Virus record (IMG/VR): IMGVR_UViG_3300025327_001907
Location: 1 to 54,401 of that record
Length of the DNA stretch: 54,401 nucleotides
Strand: one strand, 5' to 3'
Source of the DNA: a virus
Lineage: Duplodnaviria > Caudoviricetes
Part shown: positions 47,638-54,401 of the stretch, piece after piece
How positions within the stretch are numbered: the first letter of the stretch is position 1
Layout: the number at the start of each line of letters is the position of its first letter
Made by a program: the position numbers and the translations under genes
The notes under the pieces: generated by a model
Databases searched by the model: none
The model's input: only the letters and a program-made list of their open reading frames with translations
What the model was told of the DNA's origin: nothing

Positions 47638-47840
47638 TTCGCCATGTCGGCTGTTTGTTGGCGCACACAGCATACGTAGATCACGCGTAATTGTAAAGAG
47701 ATCCTATCATTTACCGGGTATGCACGTGAGAATCGGATCTGCTTTATAGGCCGACAAACAACAGACCCTTGAAGAATTCATAACAGGTTCCACTCGCCAA
47801 CCTGCCAACAACGCCGACATCTCAGAACTGCATAACACCC
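47624..47840. repeat. tripartite inverted repeat around an AT-richer core; candidate replication origin
   Basis: GGGTGTTATG-N10-ATGTCGGC-N3-TTGTTGGC ... GCCAACAA-N1-GCCGACAT-N10-CATAACACCC. Confidence 0.7.
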
Positions 47841-47874
47841 CGCGTGGAAACGACACTTAGCCCGAGGCTAAATA

Positions 47875-48417
47875 TCAGGGTACGAGCAAAATCGCGCTGC
47901 CTCGGCGCATCCCCATCCCCTCGAAGAAGGCGGCCCGGCCCGGATCGAGCGGGAACCGCGGGTCGTCGGCGAGGAACCGGCCGCAGGCTTCGGCGAAGTC
48001 CTCAAGCAGCCAGAGTGCCGTGTCCCGGCGTCCCCATGCCGGGAAGCCACCATCCGCGGCCGCCACCACGGGTAGGTAGGCCGCGGCCTCGGTGGTCGTG
48101 AGCCACTCGTGGAGATCGACGGCACTCGGGGGCGGGCCGCCCGGCTGGGGCTCGGCGCCGGTCTCGTTCAGGATGACCTGGTGCTGGTGGCCGTGGCAGG
48201 TTTCATGGGCCGCCACCTTGAGTGGCTGGCCCGGCACGAGCACGATCTCGCGCGTCGGCGCCCAGTAGAAGTTAGCCGGCCCTCCGAAGGGACATTGGCC
48301 GTCCGAGGTGCATCCGTTGGGGGATTTGTACACGTGCAGCCCGGTCGGGGTCACGAAGGGCGTGCAAGCGAGGGCGGCCGCGGCGGCCAGCAGGACGGCG
48401 AGGAGTAAGTGCTTCAT
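47875..48417 (-). CDS. lipoprotein with HExxH zinc-metallopeptidase motif
   Basis: MKHLLLAVLLAAAAALAC lipobox; AAHETCH; LEDFAE. Confidence 0.8.
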   Translation of the reverse strand: MKHLLLAVLLAAAAALACTPFVTPTGLHVYKSPNGCTSDGQCPFGGPANFYWAPTREIVLVPGQPLKVAAHETCHGHQHQVILNETGAEPQPGGPPPSAVDLHEWLTTTEAAAYLPVVAAADGGFPAWGRRDTALWLLEDFAEACGRFLADDPRFPLDPGRAAFFEGMGMRRGSAILLVP

Positions 48418-48466
48418 ACTGACAATATCGGCCGAAATCCCGAAATATTGCTAGTCCGCGTGCAAA

Positions 48467-48488
48467 ATTTTCGGAGACTCGCTAGGTT
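48467..48488 (+). promoter_or_regulatory. class I promoter (ATTT-N12-TAGGTT)
   Basis: Heads the plus-strand operon. Confidence 0.6.
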
Positions 48489-48530
48489 GGGGCGTGAAGC
48501 GACTCCGCCACGCGTGGAGGGCAAGAACGT

Positions 48531-48977
48531 GTGACACCAGAAGAGACGGCTTGGGTGGCAGGACTTCTTGAAGGGGAGGGCTGCTTTCGTATTGGCGCAC
48601 GCGGCTACCTCGTCGTTGTTTGCTCAATGACCGACGAGGATGTAGTGCGCCGACTCCATCATCTCACCGGCATCGGATCAGTTCATCGAAAGAAGCCAGG
48701 GCGACCCGGACACAAACCTTTATGGCGCTGGGAACTCGGCAATCGGCGCGAGGTCGTCTCACTAATCAACGCCTTGCGGCCGCTCATGGGAAAACGTCGA
48801 GGCGAGAAGATCGACGCGATGCTGAGGTTTCACTCAGAACACCCGTTGCGTGTGCGGGAGCGCGGGTTTCCTGAGCACGGCACACGCTCAATGTACGTCC
48901 GCTACGGCTGTCGGTGTGACCCGTGTAGCACTGCTAACCGAACCTATAAACAGTCTCTCAAGGAGTGCGCAGCATGA
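48531..48977 (+). CDS. LAGLIDADG homing endonuclease with C-terminal HG..Y..GCRCxxC motif
   Basis: AWVAGLLEGEGCF, SMTDEDVV, RPLMGKRR. Confidence 0.87.
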   Translation: MTPEETAWVAGLLEGEGCFRIGARGYLVVVCSMTDEDVVRRLHHLTGIGSVHRKKPGRPGHKPLWRWELGNRREVVSLINALRPLMGKRRGEKIDAMLRFHSEHPLRVRERGFPEHGTRSMYVRYGCRCDPCSTANRTYKQSLKECAA

Positions 48978-49519
48978 CCGCCATCGTCGGATACATCGAC
49001 CAGCAAACCAAGAAGGTGTACATCGGCGGGGACTCCGCCGGCGTTAGCGGTTACGACCTTCACGTCCGCGCCGACCAGAAGGTGTTCGTGAACGACGGCT
49101 TTGCAATGGGGTTCACGACCTCGTTTCGCATGGGTCAACTCCTCCGCTACGCGTTCGAGCCGCCGCTTCACAAGGACGACGCCGACCTGATGGAGTACAT
49201 GGTCACGGACTTCGTGGACACGCTGCGCAAGTGCTTGAAAGAGGGAGGGTTCGCGGAGAAGAAGTCCGAGCGTGAGACGGGGGGTACGTTCCTCGTCGGC
49301 CACCGCGGGCGCCTGTTCTATATCGAGGACGATTACCAGGTCGGCGAGATGGTCGTGCCGTACTCGGCCGTCGGCTGTGGCGACTCCTACGCGCTCGGTG
49401 CGCTCCGCATCTTGCATGAGACCGCCTACACGCCCGAGGAGAAGGTGCGGCGCGCGCTCGAAGCAGCCGAAACATACTCCAACGGCGTGCGCGGGCCATT
49501 CCACATCGTTTCGGTCTAG
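48974..49519 (+). CDS. HslV/proteasome-beta-like Ntn hydrolase
   Basis: MTAIVG (N-terminal Thr), GGDSA, QKVF, AVGCGDSYALGAL. Confidence 0.8.
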   Translation: MTAIVGYIDQQTKKVYIGGDSAGVSGYDLHVRADQKVFVNDGFAMGFTTSFRMGQLLRYAFEPPLHKDDADLMEYMVTDFVDTLRKCLKEGGFAEKKSERETGGTFLVGHRGRLFYIEDDYQVGEMVVPYSAVGCGDSYALGALRILHETAYTPEEKVRRALEAAETYSNGVRGPFHIVSV

Positions 49520-49533
49520 CACAGGAGCATCCC

Positions 49534-50136
49534 ATGCGTCCGCCCACTGTCATGTTCGACATCGACGCCGTGATCGGCAATTTCAACGCGCCGGCAACCA
49601 AGCTCGCGGAACGCCTCTTCCCGCAGATCCGCGGTCACTTGCCGCGCTCTCCGCATGAGGCGAAAACCTGGATCTGGCAGCACTCCGTTCCCACATGGAC
49701 TGACGAGATGGATCGTGAGCTGTGGAAGGCGATCCGGGCCGACGCCATGTTCTGGTTCGATCTACCGTGTCTTCTCACGCACGACGAGGTTTTCCGCATT
49801 CGCGCACTGGGGGACGTGTACTACGTCACCAACCGTTCGGGCGACGGCGTGAAAGACGTAACCACCGCGTGGCTTCGTCATCACGGTCTCGGGCATATGT
49901 CGCATCGCCTGATCTGTTCGCGCGAGCCCAAGGACGAGATCGCAGCGGAGATCCACGCCGAGTACGCGATTGAGGACAACGGCGACAACGCGCTGTTGCT
50001 CCTACGTGCCGGGGTGCATACCGCCGTCCTTCGGTATCCATACAATGATGGTCACCACCCAGCCATCCGCGACAACGGCGGCGCCGTTGTCCATTCGGTC
50101 TCGGAATTCCTCGACCTGATCCCGGAGACGCGATGA
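49534..50136 (+). CDS. second HAD 5'-nucleotidase-like protein
   Basis: FDIDAV, YVTNR, TTAWL, IEDN, YPYN. Confidence 0.78.
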   Translation: MRPPTVMFDIDAVIGNFNAPATKLAERLFPQIRGHLPRSPHEAKTWIWQHSVPTWTDEMDRELWKAIRADAMFWFDLPCLLTHDEVFRIRALGDVYYVTNRSGDGVKDVTTAWLRHHGLGHMSHRLICSREPKDEIAAEIHAEYAIEDNGDNALLLLRAGVHTAVLRYPYNDGHHPAIRDNGGAVVHSVSEFLDLIPETR

Positions 50137-50216
50137 TCGACGGAGACGCAGCGGGCGCCGCGATAGTCGTGTTCCTCATCCTCTCCGTGGTAGCTGTATG
50201 GTTGGCAACGTCATGA
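50133..50216 (+). CDS. 27-aa single-TM peptide, not in the ORF track
   Basis: ATGA overlaps at both ends. Confidence 0.55.
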   Translation: MIDGDAAGAAIVVFLILSVVAVWLATS

Positions 50217-50464
50217 CGGAGGAAGAAGCCCGTGCTTGGATCGGCAAGGAAATCTGCCTCCATTGGGAGGAGCCAGGACTTCCACTTGACGACGCATTCG
50301 CCACGCACGTACGCGATGGCGGCATGATCGGTCTCGTTCATGAAGTCGCCGACTTCGGGAGCGGTCTCGAACTGACCGTCGATTACGGCTACGGCGCCCC
50401 GCTCTCGCTAATTACGCAGTTTCATCGACCAGACGAGTGTCCAAACATCAAGGAGAGTTCGTGA
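50213..50464 (+). CDS. hypothetical protein
   Basis: Coupled ORF MTEEEARAW. Confidence 0.6.
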   Translation: MTEEEARAWIGKEICLHWEEPGLPLDDAFATHVRDGGMIGLVHEVADFGSGLELTVDYGYGAPLSLITQFHRPDECPNIKESS

Positions 50465-50673
50465 TGGCGTTCCCGTGTTATCGTCTGTGGAAAGTTGAGG
50501 ATGAGTGGCGTACGGTCTCTGGTGGCGCGCCGGCGGGCCTGCTCTACACGTGTCGGGAACGGAACTCCCTCACGCGCCCGGATGCGCATGTTCCGCTCTG
50601 TCCGGTCTGCCAGATCGCTGATACACCCGAAAACGCTTCCGTGGATGAGACCGGCCACGAGGCGCAGCGCTGA
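50464..50673 (+). CDS. small Cys-containing protein
   Basis: TGATG overlap; AGGAG RBS; CPVC. Confidence 0.55.
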   Translation: MAFPCYRLWKVEDEWRTVSGGAPAGLLYTCRERNSLTRPDAHVPLCPVCQIADTPENASVDETGHEAQR

Positions 50674-50963
50674 CGCCGCGGGCCGATCTTCCCGAGGGAT
50701 TCCAGACACAGCAGCTCCGCGCCCAGAATGGCCCGGACTGCCTCTGTACGGTCTATGTTGACTGGGCACTCGACGGGCATTGGCGCGAGGTTTGCATCTA
50801 CGTCTGCGAGTCCTGTCGCGCGCGGGCCGCGCTACGCCTACTAGAATATTTCGAGGCGTGATAGTCTTTTTCTACGAGCCGGTCTCGCCAGGCGGGGGGC
50901 GAACCGGCGCGGAGAGGTGGCCGCCGGTCTTGCAGCCCACGGCGCGGGCCGGCGGCCCAACAC

Positions 50964-51449
50964 ATGAGCAACAGCGAATCCTCTCACGCCGAACGTTCCT
51001 TCCTGATCAGCGTCGGGGATCTCGTCGCGGAACGTGCCCAGGCGCAGCCAGCCCGCGTTCCCATCTCTGATCTCGATAACCCGCTCCTTCGCCGGTTGTT
51101 TAACGCGGGCTGGGAGGCAGGGCGCCGGTTTGAGCAGGCAACGCGAGCCGGCATCATCACCGCAGATCCCACCGACCTTCCCACCATCTCCGGTCAACAG
51201 ACATGCAAGGTGTGTGGTCGCCCCGACAAGTTCGATTTCCACGTCCCGGACGCCGTGTGGACGGAGATTGTCCCGGAGCAGTTTCGAAAACGCGTGGTCT
51301 GCCTATACTGCTTTGACGATTTTGCCCTCTGGCGCCGTGCGTCTTATGCCTCGGCGATCACAGAGTTGTATTTCGCCGGGCGCGCGGCAACGTTCGTGTT
51401 CAACGTCGATCGTCGCGTTGATCACCCCCGACTCGACCAACGACGTTGA
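50964..51449 (+). CDS. Zn-binding hypothetical protein
   Basis: CKVC..F.VPDAVW..CLYCF. Confidence 0.65.
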   Translation: MSNSESSHAERSFLISVGDLVAERAQAQPARVPISDLDNPLLRRLFNAGWEAGRRFEQATRAGIITADPTDLPTISGQQTCKVCGRPDKFDFHVPDAVWTEIVPEQFRKRVVCLYCFDDFALWRRASYASAITELYFAGRAATFVFNVDRRVDHPRLDQRR

Positions 51450-51630
51450 TGTCACCAGGGCCATCCCCGTGTCCGCAGCAGGCGTGAACAGTAGCATAGC
51501 CGGCGGCCCATAGCAGTCCCACCGCCTCGACGAGACAGCGATCCACCTTGACTGTGGTGTTTCGGATGCGGTTGGGCGCGAGGCAGGGTGACGGCGGCCG
51601 AATCTCGACGACATCTCCCCATACGCACAT
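51400..51630 (-). CDS. CCGHG-motif protein
   Basis: VDRCL..LWAAGY.T..CCGHG; TGATG overlap. Confidence 0.6.
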   Translation of the reverse strand: MCVWGDVVEIRPPSPCLAPNRIRNTTVKVDRCLVEAVGLLWAAGYATVHACCGHGDGPGDINVVGRVGGDQRDDRR

Positions 51631-51845
51631 CAGTCGGTCACCAGCTTGAAACGCGCGCTCCCGGATAACAGGCGGTCGATACGCAGGCGACTGCGTTGCG
51701 CTTGCCGCGGGCAGGCACACGTGGACGATGTGTCCAGTTCCACGTAGACGTATGGCGGTTTGTGGCGGACGATCCGTACGCGACGGCCCCGCATGCGCGG
51801 GTCGCGATCCTCCCAGACCTGTCCGACGGCAACACGACCCGTCAT
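51630..51845 (-). CDS. small SH3-like hypothetical protein
   Basis: VAVGQVWEDRDPR..RRVRI; coupled. Confidence 0.6.
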   Translation of the reverse strand: MTGRVAVGQVWEDRDPRMRGRRVRIVRHKPPYVYVELDTSSTCACPRQAQRSRLRIDRLLSGSARFKLVTD

Positions 51846-52036
51846 GCGAGGATGTTGATGACTTTGGCGCTGCCGCCGTGCCCCTGTGGTCTCGGTGCGC
51901 GTTGCTGTTGCAGCTCCTGCCAGAGGTCATTGGCTGCGGCCATGCCCTGTTTCTGAATGCGCTCGTCAGGATTGGTCATGTCCCGCACGGCGTACCCGAG
52001 CCGGTACTCGATGTCGCGAAGTGTCAGGTCGCTCAC
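51842..52036 (-). CDS. hypothetical protein
   Basis: GGAGG RBS; coupled at both ends. Confidence 0.6.
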   Translation of the reverse strand: MSDLTLRDIEYRLGYAVRDMTNPDERIQKQGMAAANDLWQELQQQRAPRPQGHGGSAKVINILA

Positions 52037-52311
52037 AGTTTTCCCTCCTCCCAGTCGTGGATCAGCTTGTCAGCCGTGGTTGCGTGGCCGATCCCAACAA
52101 GCGTCAGGTACGAATCGGCGATGGCGCGTGAGACCAGGCGATACGTTTCACACGCCGGCACCCAGCGTGGCCCTTCCTCGGGATGATCCCACGCGAGCCG
52201 CTGCGCGTACCGAGCGCAATGCGTGCGATGAAGTCGTGCCCGAATGAGCTGGTGTTCCAGCCGTCCGCGAAACTCGTTCAGGAGTCCCTGATCCGTTATC
52301 GATGTCGCCAT
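52033..52311 (-). CDS. hypothetical protein (start uncertain)
   Basis: MATSITDQG; GTGA coupling downstream. Confidence 0.5.
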   Translation of the reverse strand: MATSITDQGLLNEFRGRLEHQLIRARLHRTHCARYAQRLAWDHPEEGPRWVPACETYRLVSRAIADSYLTLVGIGHATTADKLIHDWEEGKL

Positions 52312-52375
52312 CCTCGTCACTCGCATCCATGATGCAACAGCTCGGTGCGAAGAAGCCGTCCTTGAGACAGCACAT

Positions 52376-52522
52376 TCAGCGCGATCCCTTCGGCTTGTTA
52401 AGGACTTGCCCGTTCGAAAGAAACACTGTCCCGGCCGGCCCCTCAAACGCAAGCGGCATGCGGGGGGTTGGATCACCGGGCCGGCTCACTATCACGATCG
52501 TGGGCTTGCATCGCATTCTCAT
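52376..52522 (-). CDS. 48-aa leaderless ORF, not in the ORF track
   Basis: ATG 6 nt after TACACT, with an upstream A/T tract. Confidence 0.4.
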   Translation of the reverse strand: MRMRCKPTIVIVSRPGDPTPRMPLAFEGPAGTVFLSNGQVLNKPKGSR

Positions 52523-52551
52523 GTTGTCAGTGTACCTCGCTCAAAATATTC

Positions 52552-52713
52552 CTAGCGCCGCCGCAGGAGTCGGCGCACTCGGCGCACTCGGCGGTAGCGG
52601 TCGGGGAAGAGTTCGGCGCGTGTTCGACCACACCGAACGCAACGTTGGCTACGCCGTTCCATGCCCCGGTTGAAGGGCAGGAACTTATGTCCGCGGAGCC
52701 AGCACCATGTCAA
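52552..52713 (-). CDS. small C-x3-GH...CxxCG protein (DUF1660-like)
   Basis: CWLRGH...CVRCG; TTGA overlap. Confidence 0.55.
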   Translation of the reverse strand: MTWCWLRGHKFLPFNRGMERRSQRCVRCGRTRAELFPDRYRRVRRVRRLLRRR

Positions 52714-53096
52714 TGCGTCAACCCCCCTCGCGTAGCCAACCACATCTGGAAGGCGATCACGTCAAGTTGCGCCAGCTCTTGCGGTTCCAGCCCCGGCTCC
52801 ACGTCCTGCGGGAGGCTCTCCGCAGCCAGCATCTCAATCTCACGCATGGTCTCGTCGCCGAGGTAGCAGCAGGCCGGCGCGATCTTCTTCAGCACCTCCT
52901 GTACCTTCTCGGGCCGGGTATCGGGGGCGATCATCTTCTTCGGTACACCACCCAACTCGCGCACAAACCGTTCGTCGTTGAACAGGCGCTCCTGGAGCAA
53001 CGCTGTGGCCGCAACGCCGTTACCGAGGCGTTGGAAGTAGGGCATCCAGTGTTGTTCACACCAGAGGCGAAGGGCGTGTTCTAGGTCGGAAGCCAT
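52710..53096 (-). CDS. hypothetical protein
   Basis: AGGAG RBS. Confidence 0.65.
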   Translation of the reverse strand: MASDLEHALRLWCEQHWMPYFQRLGNGVAATALLQERLFNDERFVRELGGVPKKMIAPDTRPEKVQEVLKKIAPACCYLGDETMREIEMLAAESLPQDVEPGLEPQELAQLDVIAFQMWLATRGGLTH

Positions 53097-53105
53097 CTAC
53101 GTCTC

Positions 53106-53318
53106 CTAACGGAAGGCGGCCGCGTTCACGATCCGGCCGCACATCATGGCGACATCGTGCGCGGATTCTTTCACGATGTACGTACGGCCGATCTCGCCCT
53201 GTCCCACGACGACGGCCGTCTTTGTCCCCTCGGAGTAGGACGTTCGCGTCTCCACGACGATGATCGCCTCGGGCCGCAGATAGAGGTCGTTTCCGTCCGG
53301 TGTGTGTAGCGCGATCAT
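53106..53318 (-). CDS. FlbD-like small protein
   Basis: MIAL..DG..LYLRPEAI..VE...YIVKES..DV. Confidence 0.55.
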   Translation of the reverse strand: MIALHTPDGNDLYLRPEAIIVVETRTSYSEGTKTAVVVGQGEIGRTYIVKESAHDVAMMCGRIVNAAAFR

Positions 53319-53545
53319 GATTCCTCCTCGGGTGGCGGGGGCAGCGGCATCCAGTGGGTGAGGAAGCCCGCTTCGTATTTGCGGCCGTCCCTGTCACGCC
53401 ATGTCTGCGCGCCGGAGCCGTAAAAACTGCCCCAGCGAACTGCTCTTGGGTGGGCGCCAAGATCCTGCCGCTTTCCGTAGTCTTGCCTGCACGCCAAGAT
53501 CGCGGTGCCGTCTTTCGGTGCTGTATTGATCGGTTGCCATCTCAT
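53315..53545 (-). CDS. DUF551-like protein
   Basis: WQPINTAPKDGT...THWMPLPPPP. Confidence 0.75.
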   Translation of the reverse strand: MRWQPINTAPKDGTAILACRQDYGKRQDLGAHPRAVRWGSFYGSGAQTWRDRDGRKYEAGFLTHWMPLPPPPEEES

Positions 53546-53832
53546 GGTGCTGTGCGATTAGAACCAAGTCGCGCTGGAGGCGCATAGGCCGGACGCGCGA
53601 TTTCTTGTTCTTTCTCGATGACGTTGGGCTCGCGCCCCCATCTGGATGTCACCCACCAACAATGCCCACAATCCAAACAGGTGCGGTAGAGCGCGGAGAA
53701 TCCCTGCTGTAGGCCGTGACTCTTGTTCTTGCAATTCGCGTGCGTGCAGGGCCGCTCGACGATGTAGAACCACTCTTCCGTGTAGTGGACGCGGGCCAAG
53801 CCGTGCAGGCGTAGACGACAGCGGAGCTTCAT
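53542..53832 (-). CDS. Cys/His Zn-binding small protein (DUF1660-like)
   Basis: CRLRLH...CLDCG. Confidence 0.55.
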   Translation of the reverse strand: MKLRCRLRLHGLARVHYTEEWFYIVERPCTHANCKNKSHGLQQGFSALYRTCLDCGHCWWVTSRWGREPNVIEKEQEIARPAYAPPARLGSNRTAP

Positions 53833-53895
53833 ATCACCAATCCTTTGAATCAGGCACGACGATCAACAGAAACTCTTTCCACGGCTGACACCAGA

Positions 53896-54015
53896 TTACG
53901 TCACTCTCCGCGGGCGACTGTTCAAGGCGAACCCCAGCACATACGGCGCAGCCCATCCCGGCATAGGCACCTTCGACCATAACCAACGCAACGCGAGCCG
54001 GCGCAGCAACGTCAC
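53896..54015 (-). CDS. small hypothetical protein (39 aa)
   Basis: GTGA overlap; AAGGAG RBS. Confidence 0.45.
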   Translation of the reverse strand: MTLLRRLALRWLWSKVPMPGWAAPYVLGFALNSRPRRVT

Positions 54016-54401
54016 CAGCCGTTCTCCTTCCAGTTCCGCAGGCGACGATGGAGCGTGTAGACGACGGCCCACAACGAGACGCTGATCAACGAATCCATCG
54101 TCCCATCGAAGTCCGCCTGCGCGATCTCGAAGGGCAAGTTGAGGATGGAGAGCACCGCGCCAACACCGAAGATCCACAGCACGAGTGTGCTCATGACGGC
54201 GCTCGATACCCACCGGACGATGGCGTCACGGAGGGCCTCGCGCTTGTAGTCGAGCATGGCTGTGCCGTCGCACTTCCAACCACAGATTATGCATGCGAAA
54301 TACAGGGGATCGGGTTCACCGGGGCCGCCGGTTGGAAGGCCCCATCGGTGGCCACGCCAGCGGCAGATCGTCTGTTCCTTGAGCCAGAGCCAGAGGTTCA
54401 T
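54012..54401 (-). CDS. DUF1660-like Zn motif fused to two TM helices
   Basis: CRWRGH...CIICG, then two hydrophobic segments. Confidence 0.6.
   Translation of the reverse strand: MNLWLWLKEQTICRWRGHRWGLPTGGPGEPDPLYFACIICGWKCDGTAMLDYKREALRDAIVRWVSSAVMSTLVLWIFGVGAVLSILNLPFEIAQADFDGTMDSLISVSLWAVVYTLHRRLRNWKENGW

Noticed and set aside
50670-50861. Protein-like open frame LTPRADLP...LLEYFEA
   Set aside because: Only a CTG start is available after an in-frame stop; cannot be supported
1-54401. tRNA, integrase/att, DGR or retron reverse transcriptase, DNA-modification cluster
   Set aside because: No such motifs recognised by eye; not excluded without tRNAscan/HMM searches

Overview
GC-rich tailed-phage (siphovirus-type) genome segment, almost all on the minus strand. 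Left (1-16.1 kb): a T4-like recombination/replication module with an intein-containing metallophosphoesterase, RuvC, an SbcC/Rad50 split into separate genes around SbcD, RecA/UvsX, gp32-like SSB, UvsY-like, dNMP kinase, HAD nucleotidase, primase-helicase and UvsW-like helicase. An LPXTG surface protein is embedded in this module. Middle (16.8-42.3 kb): full morphogenesis module (TerS/TerL, portal, protease-scaffold, HK97-type capsid, neck, tail tube, -1 frameshifted chaperones, tape measure, Dit, BNR-propeller tail tip, fibre). Right (42.3-54.4 kb): accessory genes, including a holin, a lipoprotein HExxH peptidase, an HslV-like protease and many small ORFs. Most notable: (i) an iteron-like inverted-repeat locus at 47.6-47.8 kb beside a GIY-YIG/T5orf172 gene whose C-terminal winged helix matches that of the primase-helicase; (ii) the fragmented SbcC; (iii) two recurrent non-canonical promoter architectures; (iv) a phage-encoded sortase substrate; (v) no recognisable endolysin near the holin. 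No DNA polymerase, integrase, tRNA or CRISPR array was recognised. All calls come from reading motifs by eye; no database searches were run.
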